A stretch of DNA of 64,000 nucleotides. Source: an uncultured Verrucomicrobiae bacterium. GTDB taxonomy: Bacteria > Verrucomicrobiota > Verrucomicrobiia > Chthoniobacterales > Terrimicrobiaceae. The notes beneath the pieces were generated by a model. The model saw nothing but the letters and a program-made list of their open reading frames with translations, ran no database searches and was not told where the DNA came from. Of this stretch, positions 37,710 to 48,690 are shown piece after piece. The number at the start of each line of letters is the position of its first letter. The stretch's first letter is position 1. The translations under genes and the position numbers were made by a program. The stretch spans positions 32,001 to 96,000 of the forward strand of contig CAVPOC010000010.1 of NCBI GenBank assembly GCA_963706955.1. Direction: 5' to 3'.

Positions 37710-38891
37710 CCGCTCCGCCGCAAGGGAAGTGCTGGTTGCGCGGCGGGGCCTGCGGAATTCGCTCCGACCGAAGTCCGGCGAGCGAACTTGGCAACGAACT
37801 GGCGAACCGTCTGGTAGGGAAACGCCGCCACCACCAGGAAGAGGCCAATCGCGCGCCAGCCAGGTTGCAAAAGCAGGAAGATCCCGCCGCCATCACCGCG
37901 TAGGGTAGCAATTTTCTTACCCGGAGCGCGCGGGGATTTTCTTCGAGAACAAGCGAGCTGAGCTTTTGCAGAGCCATGATCACCACGGTGAGGATGATCC
38001 CAACGGCACAGGCGGCGCCCATCTCCTGGTTGATGAACGCCTTCCGAAGCATGAAGAGAGCGGGCACGGTTGCCTTGCCGCCCGGACCTCCATCCATTCC
38101 CGCCGGTCAGCGCAATGATCATGCCGGCATCCTTGATCGTCCCGATGATGACGAAGACGAGCATCAAGTAGATCGAGCTCATGATGAGCGGCACTTCGAT
38201 CCGCGTAAATTTGGTCCACCAGCTCGCCCCATCGATGCTCGCGGCTTCGTAGATGTCTTTCGGGATGTTCTGGAGCTTGGCTAGGTGCGTCAGAACGGCG
38301 AAGGAACCGACCCAGGGAAATCCCCAAATCACACAGGCGACAAGGATCAAGCGTGGATCGCCGAGCCAGGCCGGGCCGTGTGCCCTCAACAAAAATTCCA
38401 CCCCACCCAAAAAAGGCGTCTAGCTTGCAGAGAAGCGCGAAGAGCCCGGATGCTTCCAGAAATTCATTGAGGTACCCCTGGGTGGCCTCGAAGAAAAATG
38501 ACCTCCAAATCAACGCCACCACCAGCGCGGGGATGACCATCGGAACGACAAACAGCAACCGGTAGATATACTGCATGCGCTCACTGCTGCAGCGGTGAAT
38601 CCATACCGCCACCGCGATGGCAGGGATCATTTTGACCACGTTCCAAAGTCCCAGCAGCAAAGCGACCCGAAAGGACTGCCAGAAATCCGGCGAAGTGAAG
38701 AGCTCGATATAGTTCCTAAGACCGACGAACTCCGAGACGTCGGCACCATTCCAGCGATAGAAGCTATGAAAGATGCCGCTGGCGGCAGGGTAGTATTGAA
38801 ACAGGGCGATGAGAACGAGCGCAGGGACAATGAAGAGGTAGATCTCCCAATGATGCTTAACCTGTTTCCAGCGGATCTTCTTTGCCTGCAT
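37706..38891 (-). CDS. Carbohydrate ABC transporter permease (MalF-like); several frameshifts
   Basis: YLFIVPAL, FVGLRNY, VPMVIP, IPKDIYEAASIDGAS, MGAACAVGIIL spread over ORFs 37980-38891, 37706-38410 and 37588-38097. Confidence 0.8.
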
Positions 38892-38897
38892 CAGCCG

Positions 38898-40608
38898 TTA
38901 GTTGCTCGCGTCCGCTTGGACGCCCTCTGCTTCCACAGAGCTGCGGACATTATCCAACGCTTTTCGCTGTATCGGTAAAACGTTTGCCTTTTCAGAGCTT
39001 CCGGGCTCCGTGAAGACAAGTCCCTGAATGATCAGCGTTTTGTCTGCCTCCAGTTGGCGAGTGAACGACGACGTTGCGATATTTATCCAATCGGCCTCGG
39101 CTTTGCGGTCCCTCTCTTTCATTGCCTTTTGGCGGAGTCCGACGGCCAATTGTTCATCCTGAAGCTGCGCGCGGCGGCGGTTGCGAAGGAACTCCCGAAA
39201 ATCTTCGCGACCACGCTGTCCAGAAGAGGCGAATTGCTCCGCCATGTCGTCGTAGCTGAGCTGGTTGATTTGGAATAAGGAATAGAGCTGGCTCCATTTG
39301 ATGAAGCTTTCGCCGCCCGATGGTCGCATCGAAGGCCGGAAGAACTCCTTCAAGGTCGGCTCGAAGGCTTGAGAAAAGGATCGACCTCAGCGCCGACAAC
39401 AATCGGGATCCATTTCAATCTCTTGTTGAATTTCTCGTTCTGGTGCCTGCTCGACGAGAAGAGGAGAAAGTCGACGGCCACGTCGGGATGGCTGGAGGTG
39501 CGCGTGACAGCCATGGGCATGTTCCTTCCGGCAGCTCGTAGCGTGGTCCTTGAATGATCGCGCCATAGTCGGGATCTGATGGGGCTGGCAGCTGGAAAAT
39601 CCATGAGCCCCAGCTCGAACTTTCCCTGCGCCTGCTCTTGAATGCCGCCCGCTTCGTAAATTCCCGCGGCAAGAAAAACGGCCTTTTCCTGCGCGAAATT
39701 GAAGAGGGCCTCGTCTCGGTCCAAGGCCTGACCAACCGCTCGGGAAGCTCCTTGGTGATGTCTCGACCATTTTGAAACTGGCTCGATAGGCGGGATTGGA
39801 AAAATCGACCTTGCCCGCTGGCAAAGCCCATGAACATCTCATCTTTGCTGAAACGTCCATCGCGGTTGAAATCGATCTCGCGAAGCGCGTCGATAGGTCA
39901 GCGGCTTGGCCATGCTGTCCTCCCAACGGATAAAATGGAAACGCGAGCCGGCAATGGCGACGTAGGGCTGGCCATTGGGCTGCTTCTGCGAGCGGATCTT
40001 TTCACACACCTTTAGAAAGGTGCGGTAAGTCCTTGGGCATTTCGTCGAGGCCGGTCAATTTTTTCAAGAGCGACTTGTTATAGAAAAGGCGCAGGCTGAC
40101 AGGGCGAGAGGGATGGTCATGAATTCCTGAGTCTCGTCGATGAACGATCGGCGCATCCCATCCTTGAAGGTGAGAAAGAGCGGGACACCCTCCAGATCTG
40201 TTCCCGCGTTGTAAGGATTCGGCTGCGTTACATAGGGAGAGAGTGGCAATAAAGTAGCGAACGAAGAAGGCTGTCATCAGAGTGAGCGTCGACCATTCCC
40301 GCCTGGACGATGTCGGGCGCGGTTCCTCCCATCAACTGCGTGCTCATCCATTGGCCATAGGTACTTTCCGGGATGGCTTCCTGGATGATGCGCACATTCG
40401 GATGCAGCTTTTCGTATTCGGCGGCAGCCTCCGCCAGGCCCTCGCGCGCTCCGGCTTCCAACTGCCAATGCGCAATGCGAATGCTGGTCACGTCGGATGC
40501 GTCTGCGGCGCGCTTGCGCGTGGCGATGGAAATCACCGCCCAAAGGAAAACAAGCCCAATGACAATCCAAGGCGCCTTGGTCTTGAGCGAGCCCAGGAAC
40601 TCTTTCAT
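38898..40608 (-). CDS. ABC sugar-binding protein, N-terminally anchored; heavily frameshifted (error or pseudogene)
   Basis: IRIAHWQLE, YEKLHPNVRI, GGTAPDIV, RLFYNKSLLKKLTG, FAQEKAVFL, HPDVAVDFLLF scattered over at least five ORF fragments. Confidence 0.72.
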
Positions 40609-41519
40609 TGGAGGGCTCCTCCCAGGTATTGGGGCGGGAGGGAGCGACCTTCGCGAACTGCCGCTTCCACCGTATCCATCCTCGCCAAGGCTTTCCGCGA
40701 TGCGAAGACGCGACTCTCGCGCGGAAATTCGTTGATCAGGCGCTGGTAGTATTCACGCGCCAACGCGAAGTTGCCCGCCTCAAACTCCGCCGCGTAGGCA
40801 ATATTCCAATAGGCGGTGGAAAGCTCGAAGAACGGTGTTCTCGGATCCACTTCCCTGGTCTCGATTGCCTTGATCATATAATCGAGGCGCTTCTCCTCTT
40901 CGTTTAACCGGTGAGAGCCTTCTGCCATCAACGTGTAGAGCGAAGAGCGGAAGGGGGTCTTCGGATGCCGATCGAGGAACGCCTCGGTCTCGCCGAGCTT
41001 TTGCCGCGCTTCGTCCGCGGTCGCCGTCGGGAGCGTCAGTCGGATCTGATAGACAAACGCCTCTTCGCCCGCGAGCGAGTCAGGATATTTCTTGTAAACT
41101 TCGCCGTATTCTTGGGCGAGTTTCGAGTAATCGCGCTCTTGATCCGCCCCCGCAAGATGCTTCGCGCGGACGATGTCCAGCGCACACCAGGCGGCCAAAG
41201 GATTCGTCGGCGCTTGCGCGATAACTTCCTGATAGAGGGAGATAGCCTTCGCGGTATCGCGTCCATCGCGCCGGTGATTCCAACACGAGGCCATCCCGAA
41301 GAGGCTCTGTAGATAAGCCTCTGACCCGCGCGGTTGCGATGCCTCCACGGATTCGAAAATATCCAAGGCCTCGCCGAATTCGCTTAATCGATAGCGATTC
41401 CACCCTTCGCGAATCTGCTCTTCCGGCGTTGCCGTCTGCTCGTTGCCGCAGGCGTGGAAGACAAACACCAGCAGTGCAAAGGCGAATCGGAGGCTCCGCT
41501 GGGCTGGAAGCAATCGCAT
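40605..41519 (-). CDS. TPR-repeat lipoprotein
   Basis: Lipobox-like VFHAC; helical repeats (AISLYQEVI, YKKYPDS, FLDRHPKT, AREYYQRLINEFP); stop overlaps the SBP start. Confidence 0.7.
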   Translation of the reverse strand: MRLLPAQRSLRFAFALLVFVFHACGNEQTATPEEQIREGWNRYRLSEFGEALDIFESVEASQPRGSEAYLQSLFGMASCWNHRRDGRDTAKAISLYQEVIAQAPTNPLAAWCALDIVRAKHLAGADQERDYSKLAQEYGEVYKKYPDSLAGEEAFVYQIRLTLPTATADEARQKLGETEAFLDRHPKTPFRSSLYTLMAEGSHRLNEEEKRLDYMIKAIETREVDPRTPFFELSTAYWNIAYAAEFEAGNFALAREYYQRLINEFPRESRVFASRKALARMDTVEAAVREGRSLPPQYLGGALQ

Positions 41520-41640
41520 CTCAAATGATCGAATTTCCCTCACCAAAAAATCAAATGCTTTGCACGATTGACGGACCCTCCTCACACGAAACTCAATTCA
41601 CCTCTTCGTCGAAAAGCAGTTGCATACAGCGTCTCCAGGC

Positions 41641-41700
41641 TTGTAGAGGCCCTTGTGCCAAGGGCCTGTCGACAGGCGGTTGGCACAACCGCCTCTACAA
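41641..41700. repeat. REP doublet (REPIN-like), family B
   Basis: ttgtagaggcccttgtgccaagggcctgtcgacaggcggttggcacaaccgcctctacaa: terminal IR ttgtagaggc/gcctctacaa with two internal hairpins. Confidence 0.88.
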
Positions 41701-41858
41701 CTCGTGCGCAAACTCGGCTTGCGGCAATGCTCCGCCAAGTTGAAATGACGCAAACTCATGGGAACCGCCGAATCTAGGTCCACCCACCCTCGCGTCAACG
41801 GAAAACAAACAACCTGACCGAATTCCGCTCAAGGAGCTCCACTGCGGTCCAAAGGCGA

Positions 41859-42431
41859 TCAGGTACTCGAAGGTGGCGGCGGAAGAGGGACTTTTACTAT
41901 TGGCCCCTTCGCCCCATTTAACAGAAAGCTCACCGTTTGCTTTTGCGGCTCTCTGCCTTCAACCGTCGGCGGTGAAGGCGGCGACGCGAACTGGACCGAA
42001 ACCGTCCTCCCTTCGCCAGGCAAGAGAACGTTGGAAAAACCAGCCGGAAGATATTTTTTCGCCGGTGGCGCAGCAGGTGGTAGGGCCTCATACCGGCGTT
42101 GTGTTTGCTCATCGATCATGACAGCTGAAGCAAGCGAAAATGGTTTCAAATCTTCTTCAGGCACTTCGGTGAGGTTCGCTCCGGCAGGAAGTGGCCTTCC
42201 CATGCCAAGGAAAGTTCCCCCTGGGGAAGATCTGGTAGTCGCAGTGACTCGGACGAAAACCAAAAGGCGGTTATCCTGAATACGTTCAATTCGAGAGATG
42301 GAGAGAAGAACGCCAGCCCATTTAGTTTCCACCTCGCCCAAATTCTCCGCACGACGGCTCCTCTCCTGCGCACCAAGGCTAGTGACCAGGCAAAGAACGA
42401 TGGCCAGGACAGCTGAAGATCGTGGTTTCAT
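41859..42431 (-). CDS. Secreted hypothetical protein
   Basis: Signal peptide MKPRSSAVLAIVLCLVTSLGA; beta-rich, Pro-rich; directly downstream of cassette protein A. Confidence 0.6.
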   Translation of the reverse strand: MKPRSSAVLAIVLCLVTSLGAQERSRRAENLGEVETKWAGVLLSISRIERIQDNRLLVFVRVTATTRSSPGGTFLGMGRPLPAGANLTEVPEEDLKPFSLASAVMIDEQTQRRYEALPPAAPPAKKYLPAGFSNVLLPGEGRTVSVQFASPPSPPTVEGREPQKQTVSFLLNGAKGPIVKVPLPPPPSST

Positions 42432-42515
42432 CTGGTTAAGAGGACAGGCTAGTCATTGGACATAATTCCTTTAAGGTCTTGCTACCCCGTTTCAATCCGA
42501 AATAGCTCCCTTCCC

Positions 42516-45500
42516 TTACCGAATCTCTTCGGAAGCTAGAACGCGGTACAAATACCGGGGCTGGAAAGGATGACCACCGGGATCCATCGGGTCGTCGTAG
42601 GTTCCGACCACAGCGTCAGTTCCAGGATTCGCACTGTTTCCGTAGACGTTGTCCGCACCAGGATCCAAATAGCGCTCAATGATGAAACGCAGCCGCACCT
42701 CGGCGAGAACATTGTCCCCAGGTTCGAATTCGTCATATTGCGTATTCGCTGGTTTCTTGTTGACCGCCTGCCCCACTGTCCACACGGAAAAGACATTTCC
42801 TTGTGTCGTGAGTGTGCCAACGATCTGCCGGACGAGATCGTTGCGTGTAGGATTGTTGGTGGCACGAAGATTAGCAATCTCCGGAACATTGCAGATCTCC
42901 GCAGGCATGCGCAGAGGCGCATTGGCGCGAATGTAGTTTTCAATGGCTTGCGCAATCGTGCTCGCATCGACAGCTGAGCCGTTCGTGAAAGTGGCGTTGG
43001 TACTTACGCCGGTGATGGTTTGGTTTATCCAAACGCCACTCAAGACGCTCTCGATGGGCAGCCGTCGAGAAACATTCGTTTGTGCAACATCCGCATTCGT
43101 AGTGTAGATCACCGCTCCATTGGGATTCACCTTGCCGGCAGTCGCTCCGCCGTAAGTGCCATAGTATAGCAGATTGGTAACCGCGGCATTGGTGCTCGGG
43201 GTCGCGGTCGCCGGATTATACGTGCTGCCGAAAGAAGCCAACGTGGAGGGAATGTAAAACAAATCCAAAAGCGCCCAGTCGGGATATGGGACGCTGGCAG
43301 AGTTAGTGGTTCTTTGCGCACTCGCCTCTGTCGATGGCGCGTAGCTCAGAAGGCGGAAAGGAGTCCCCTTCTGATCGGCGTAGGCCACTGTTTCATCATC
43401 CGGTATGATCCCACTACGAACATACTGAAGATAACCTATATTGGGCATTCGCGCGCTGCGGGGGATCTGTGTTTGAATCGCCACATCCGCAATCGATGTA
43501 CATAGCCCGGCGTCCGCTTGCGGCATCCAATAGGAATCAGGATCCGCGAGCCTGTCGCGGAAGTTTCCACTCATGGAATCGATGTCGTAATACTTATTAA
43601 CACTCGGAGAGATCGTGCTGGATGAAGAAATTATCCAGTCCCCCGGAAACTTATTTACCAGAGGGTCCTCCACGGCAGCCGCGACAACTTGGCCCGGTCC
43701 CTCCACGACAACATTCGCGCTGACTGGTATTACAGAGACCAAAACTCGCTCCCGCAAAGTGCCCTCGCCAGGTGTGTTGGTCTCCCACTCCGCATCGATT
43801 TGAGTCTCGGACCTATTTCCCTGGAAATTCGTGTACGGCTCTTCGGTAGTTACTCCGTCAACGTCGTAAGGGCCCCGGATCGCCTCGAGGGGGACCGGAT
43901 CCGGATCGCTCAGAAAGCCCCCCTTCATCTGGGTCTTGACGGCGATTCCGCCTTCGATCACCAAGGTCGAATTCGTGCTAACACTTGTCTGCATGGAGTA
44001 TCGGTAAGGGCTTCCACCGGTTTCAGCGTCGCCAAGCATGGACCGAATGACACGCATCTCTCCAGGTTGCCACTCATCGGCCGGCGAGGCGTTCGGCTCA
44101 AGGTGGGTCATAAAAAAAGGGCTTGCATAATCCTTGAATGTTCCCGAGGGCAAAAAGGAAGGCGCCTGCCCATCACCCCTCCATGGACCTGCCGCATTGG
44201 CTAGATCGAAACGAGCATACGGATCGTGAAATTTTTGCGCCAAAATCTGAGAATTATCTTCTCTGGGATTGGGATTGCCCTGAATGATGCCGGGATTTCC
44301 CGCAAGATCGATGCCCTGGTTGTTCCGCAAGAGCTGATCGGCCCAAAACCCGTCGATCTCGGGACTGTTAGCGTCAGGCTGGCGCGGAAGGGGGGCTGCG
44401 AATCGATTAGGCGTTGAGGGCTCCCCAGGCGCCCGCGGCATATCGACGACATTCAAAGTTGATTTCATTGAGCGATGCCCGACATAAGACTCAGAAGCCA
44501 GAAAATTGAGCTCTTTCCTCCCTCCGAAGTAACCAACTGGCAACCACCACTCCACCCAGATGTCAAAAGTGGCAAAGGGCGGCTCGTAATTGGGATCTTG
44601 CGGAGAATTAGTGGGAGTCGGCGAAGCAAACCCCGCAATCTCCATGTACATTTGGGTAACTTTCGGGGAGCGTCCAATCCCGTTTACCCACTTCCCGCTG
44701 AGCCAGCCGGGGAAAAGGTAAGGGACCACCATAAAGCGGTGGCCGATTTGCTCGCCAACACCGCTAGGGGTACCAGAGATATTAGGATAGTCGGACGAAA
44801 TTGCCTTCGAACCAATACTTAATATCTGAGCAATCAGGCTGTCCAACTGCCTCAGAGAGTATTTCCCGGCAAAACCGCCCGTCGACGATCCCGGAAAAAC
44901 CGGCCAAGTTAATGGACGCCCAACGTCGTTGATCCCGGCAAGATAATTAGCAAGGAGAAAGCCTTGATTGTAGGAGTAATTTGGGGAATCCCGCGGACCC
45001 TCTCGCAACGCATACGCGTAGGGATGGAACAGGTTGACACCAGTCGGATAGACGCCAAGCTCACCTCTTAGAGCGAGAGGCCAGGGATGATTGCGAGACG
45101 TTCCTGGGTCGATGTCGTAGCGACTTCTAATCACGAAAGGTCGCAACTGTGCCGGCGTTGGGTAGAACTCACGCGGCGGCAGTAACGTCAGGCTGTTCAA
45201 GATCATGTTGCTCGAATCCAATCCGTCGTGGCCCAAGAGCGGCGCGACAGATATCGTCGGCTCACCGAAGACGTTAAGCTCAGGGCTCCGACTGTGCGCG
45301 GTCAGTGAGAAGACATTGTCTGCAAACGCGGCATTCGTGACGCCAGAGACTCGCAGAATTTCGCGCGGAGAGGTAAAGCCATTTGTTCGCGCCATCTGAA
45401 CCACCTGTTTTGCCGGTCCGTTTGTATTGTTTCCCAAGAGGACGCCCAGACTGACCTCACTCGGCGTTCCGATTCCCAGCGAATTGGTGGTGTATTTCTC

Positions 45501-46070
45501 CGTTCCATCAGCCGTGTTGACATTGATCTTTGCGCCTTCGTCATCGACCCAAAAAGCATAGCGACCGATGATCGCATTGTTGGAACCTGCGGACTGTGTG
45601 GGATCGCGCAGCACGCTCGCCCACTTGACCGAGACTTCTGGCGCATTCGACCCGCCAATGATCGGATAGGATCCATCAATGAGCTGACGGTTGAGGTTCA
45701 CCAGGGCTGTCCCGGGGGATTCCGAAAACAACCCGATGTTCGTGAGCGGGTTTACGCTCGAATACGACCAGCGGGTGATGCGTCCGGGCGAGAGAGACCA
45801 ATAGAAGGGAGGGTTGCTAGCGGCAAAATTCTTATACGGATCATCCCAGGGGCCAAGCGCGTCGCGGATTTTAGCCAGGGCTTGGTGCGCTCCCACCATC
45901 GCGATGCCGTAGGCTCTCTCCTGGTCCAAACTCGAGCCGGCCGTCTTTGTCTCGAGCATGACACTCGCGAGATAGCCCACGGTCACCACGGTGATCAGGA
46001 CGATGATCACGAGGGTCATCACCAAGGCCGAGCCGAGGCGTTTGGAGAGCGGGTTTCCTCGAGGTTTCAT
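42516..46070 (-). CDS. Verru_Chthon cassette protein A (large PilX/GspK-like)
   Basis: GSALVMTLVIIVLITV N-terminus, IIGRYAFWVDDEGAKINVNTA, PDWALLDLF, TAGKVNPN, LTTQGNVFSVWTVGQ...IERYLDP; 1184 aa. Confidence 0.82.
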   Translation of the reverse strand: MKPRGNPLSKRLGSALVMTLVIIVLITVVTVGYLASVMLETKTAGSSLDQERAYGIAMVGAHQALAKIRDALGPWDDPYKNFAASNPPFYWSLSPGRITRWSYSSVNPLTNIGLFSESPGTALVNLNRQLIDGSYPIIGGSNAPEVSVKWASVLRDPTQSAGSNNAIIGRYAFWVDDEGAKINVNTADGTEKYTTNSLGIGTPSEVSLGVLLGNNTNGPAKQVVQMARTNGFTSPREILRVSGVTNAAFADNVFSLTAHSRSPELNVFGEPTISVAPLLGHDGLDSSNMILNSLTLLPPREFYPTPAQLRPFVIRSRYDIDPGTSRNHPWPLALRGELGVYPTGVNLFHPYAYALREGPRDSPNYSYNQGFLLANYLAGINDVGRPLTWPVFPGSSTGGFAGKYSLRQLDSLIAQILSIGSKAISSDYPNISGTPSGVGEQIGHRFMVVPYLFPGWLSGKWVNGIGRSPKVTQMYMEIAGFASPTPTNSPQDPNYEPPFATFDIWVEWWLPVGYFGGRKELNFLASESYVGHRSMKSTLNVVDMPRAPGEPSTPNRFAAPLPRQPDANSPEIDGFWADQLLRNNQGIDLAGNPGIIQGNPNPREDNSQILAQKFHDPYARFDLANAAGPWRGDGQAPSFLPSGTFKDYASPFFMTHLEPNASPADEWQPGEMRVIRSMLGDAETGGSPYRYSMQTSVSTNSTLVIEGGIAVKTQMKGGFLSDPDPVPLEAIRGPYDVDGVTTEEPYTNFQGNRSETQIDAEWETNTPGEGTLRERVLVSVIPVSANVVVEGPGQVVAAAVEDPLVNKFPGDWIISSSSTISPSVNKYYDIDSMSGNFRDRLADPDSYWMPQADAGLCTSIADVAIQTQIPRSARMPNIGYLQYVRSGIIPDDETVAYADQKGTPFRLLSYAPSTEASAQRTTNSASVPYPDWALLDLFYIPSTLASFGSTYNPATATPSTNAAVTNLLYYGTYGGATAGKVNPNGAVIYTTNADVAQTNVSRRLPIESVLSGVWINQTITGVSTNATFTNGSAVDASTIAQAIENYIRANAPLRMPAEICNVPEIANLRATNNPTRNDLVRQIVGTLTTQGNVFSVWTVGQAVNKKPANTQYDEFEPGDNVLAEVRLRFIIERYLDPGADNVYGNSANPGTDAVVGTYDDPMDPGGHPFQPRYLYRVLASEEIR

Positions 46071-46075
46071 TTGAG

Positions 46076-46996
46076 CTAGCGCGGAGCGGTTTGAAGGTCG
46101 ATTACAGTGCTGTAGACGCGGGCTCCCTGTTTGATCCCAGGAACGAGACCGTTATAAAAGGTATTTACGTCATTGGTCATGTCAGCCGTTCGCGGTGCGG
46201 GCCGTTCACTTCCGGTCAGGCGTTTGGCCGTGCGAGCGTCCACGGCGACGACGGCCACCTCAACGCTCGCCGGCAGAGCGCGCGCGAAGGTGTGGGGACC
46301 AACATTCGTTCCGTTCGTCAGGACTGTGCGGTATCCCGTTGTGGAGTCAAACTCGCCATTCGGGTAGGCGGCATTGCTGGCGTTGGTAGTGATCGGCCTC
46401 CGCGCCTGATCGAGCGGCTGCATCCAAATCCCGAGGATGTTCTCGGCCAATTGGCCCTCATAGCCGGATGCCTTGTTGGCCGGAGCGTTAGCGGTAATCA
46501 ACGCGTCGTTAACCCAATCCGAAGGCTTCTGGAACTGGAAATTCGTCGAGTCGATTATGAGCCGGCAGAGTTTGGGAACCGATCCATTCGACTCGGCGAC
46601 CCACTGCACGAAGTAGCCGACCAGTGCCATGTCGCCGCGCGTGCGGTCGCTCGCCACCGGCGCCTGCCAAAAAGCCGCCTGCGGGAGTCTGTAGTTCGCG
46701 CCGACGTTCGTCGGGTTGATGACGAATTGGAAATTGGTGGACGCAGGGTTGACCGGTGCCGCTGCGAAGCGCAAATCCCGCGCCATGCGCGAAAATGCGG
46801 CTAGGACGGAGGACCGCCGCTCGTTATGAGAAATGCCCATCTGCCAAAACGACGAGAGCGAGCCCGCAATCGACAAGAGAATCAGCGCCAGACCGACAAA
46901 GACCGCTGTCGCCACCAGGAGTTCCAACAGCGAGAAGGCGCCGATCATCCGAACAAGCCTCCTATTGGTAGTTGAAGAGCGAGATGACGCTGACAT
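46076..46996 (-). CDS. Verru_Chthon cassette protein C (prepilin N-terminal methylation motif)
   Basis: GAFSLLELLVA, RMARDL, AAFWQAP, VGYFVQW, LAENILG, LPASVEVAVV. Confidence 0.8.
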   Translation of the reverse strand: MSASSRSSTTNRRLVRMIGAFSLLELLVATAVFVGLALILLSIAGSLSSFWQMGISHNERRSSVLAAFSRMARDLRFAAAPVNPASTNFQFVINPTNVGANYRLPQAAFWQAPVASDRTRGDMALVGYFVQWVAESNGSVPKLCRLIIDSTNFQFQKPSDWVNDALITANAPANKASGYEGQLAENILGIWMQPLDQARRPITTNASNAAYPNGEFDSTTGYRTVLTNGTNVGPHTFARALPASVEVAVVAVDARTAKRLTGSERPAPRTADMTNDVNTFYNGLVPGIKQGARVYSTVIDLQTAPR

Positions 46997-47525
46997 TTGT
47001 GGAGGTCAGTTGCGGGCTTGGCCACCGGGTCCGCACCTGAAGCAAGGCGATGTAATTGATCGGATAGTTCGCGTTCGTCGGATTCGTCGGCGTCACGTTG
47101 GAAACGTCGCCAACAAAATAGACGTTCGGAGAATTCACGGGAACCGGCATGCCTTCGTAATCCCAAGACAAATTGGTGGGAAGACTTGCCAGCGCATTAG
47201 AAAAGCGCTGGCTCTGATATTCGGAAGTCACCTGCTCGGTAATCCAGGCCAGGCGGGCCTTGAGATCTGCATTCTTGGTCTCATTGGCAGCTATCGCGAC
47301 CAGTCCGAGAATCGCGGTCAGGACAAAGGCAACCAGCCCGACAGCGATTACTACTTCAATCAAGGTGAACGCAGCCGAGCTCCTGAGACCTAGCGAGCCC
47401 CTCGGTTCCGCACCGCTCGTAGAAGCAACCGCTCTCCGAATCAGGAAGCCTCTCGTCTCTCGGCAAGATCGCTCTGGTTCGGAAGCAACTTGGGGGGTAG
47501 CTCCGTTCGACACAACCGATTTCAA
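46962..47525 (-). CDS. Verru_Chthon cassette protein B (prepilin N-terminal methylation motif)
   Basis: AAFTLIEVVIAVGLVAFVLTAILGL, WDYEG; start uncertain. Confidence 0.78.
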   Translation of the reverse strand: MKSVVSNGATPQVASEPERSCRETRGFLIRRAVASTSGAEPRGSLGLRSSAAFTLIEVVIAVGLVAFVLTAILGLVAIAANETKNADLKARLAWITEQVTSEYQSQRFSNALASLPTNLSWDYEGMPVPVNSPNVYFVGDVSNVTPTNPTNANYPINYIALLQVRTRWPSPQLTSTNVSVISLFNYQ

Positions 47526-48010
47526 AAGAAGATACTGTAGGACGTCGCGAGCTCTTGTAAAGCTCAGAATATATCAGAATGGGATCGATTGTCTTTTTGA
47601 TGCTTATTCTCGCGGCCGTAGGGCATCCGCCCCGTAGTGCACGATCAAACTATTAGCTTAGCGCACCTTTGCTGTCGTTTGTACGAGAGCCAATTCGTGC
47701 AGCGATTTTTCCAACCGCGATTTTGAAATCAAACAAATCCTAATATCCGGGACCTTGATTTCGACCCGATTAGCCCGGCGTTGGAACCCGTTGAATGTTA
47801 GCTTGCCGGCGGAATAGATGAAGGCACACCACTGAGCAGAGGCGGGTGCCGCCAACGCCGGCGAAGCAAGACAGAATCTAGCTGTAGTGCGGGCTACCCA
47901 ATCAACATGAGGCGACGATTGCCTCTTGAAAACATAAAGCAGACACGTAAAACTTTTCTTGCATTTTGGTAGGGAACTCTCGACAGTGCGTTATCTCCCC
48001 GATTTGATAG

Positions 48011-48682
48011 ATGCGAATGCCTCCCCTCTCTCGTGTGACGGCTCATCGCCGGGCATACTCCCTTATTGAACTGTTGGCCGTAATGGCAATCATTTCTGCG
48101 CTGGCCGGCTTGACGGTCGGCTCCCTCTCGCCCGTGAAGGCGAATGCGCTCACAGCAGGCGGCAACCAAGTCGCGGACCTTTTCACTGCGGCGAGGCAAA
48201 ACTCCCTTGCGCGGCACGCTTTTACCGCCGTGATCATCAAAACTGCGGGGGATGCCCGTTATTCGGCCTTCTGCCTCTTCGAACTGACCCGCAACGACGA
48301 CGGTACCTTCTCCAATTGGAAGATGGCAGCTCCATGGCGGTTGCTTCCCGATGGAATACGCTTTGATCCGGACCTGACGGTTGCGACTCCCACATTGAAT
48401 TTTGCGGATTCTAGCAATAATCCTGGCCTGCCGGTTGCGCTCCCCTCCGTGCCTTTTCGGGGTCAAGCGGTCAACTTGAGCTCGGAGGCGGCCTTCCAAA
48501 TCTTCGCACCAGATGGAACGTTGACAAAGGGAGCTCCAATGCGGCTCCGACTCCTGGAGGGCGCAGAGGACTCTGGCTCTGGAATAATCTACACCGGACA
48601 GAGAAACGGTGCGGATCCGGCCAATTATTACGATATCGTGCTCCTACGCGAGACCGGCCAAGCCAAAGTCGAGCGCTTCTAA
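48011..48682 (+). CDS. Verru_Chthon cassette protein D (GspH/FimT-like prepilin)
   Basis: AYSLIELLAVMAII, LTAGGNQVADLFTAARQNSL, FAPDGT, NYYDIVL..ETGQAKVER. Confidence 0.75.
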   Translation: MRMPPLSRVTAHRRAYSLIELLAVMAIISALAGLTVGSLSPVKANALTAGGNQVADLFTAARQNSLARHAFTAVIIKTAGDARYSAFCLFELTRNDDGTFSNWKMAAPWRLLPDGIRFDPDLTVATPTLNFADSSNNPGLPVALPSVPFRGQAVNLSSEAAFQIFAPDGTLTKGAPMRLRLLEGAEDSGSGIIYTGQRNGADPANYYDIVLLRETGQAKVERF

Positions 48683-48690
48683 GGCCTTTT

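Noticed and set aside
47658..47855. 65 aa ORF between cassette genes B and D
   Set aside because: No RBS, motif or compositional support.
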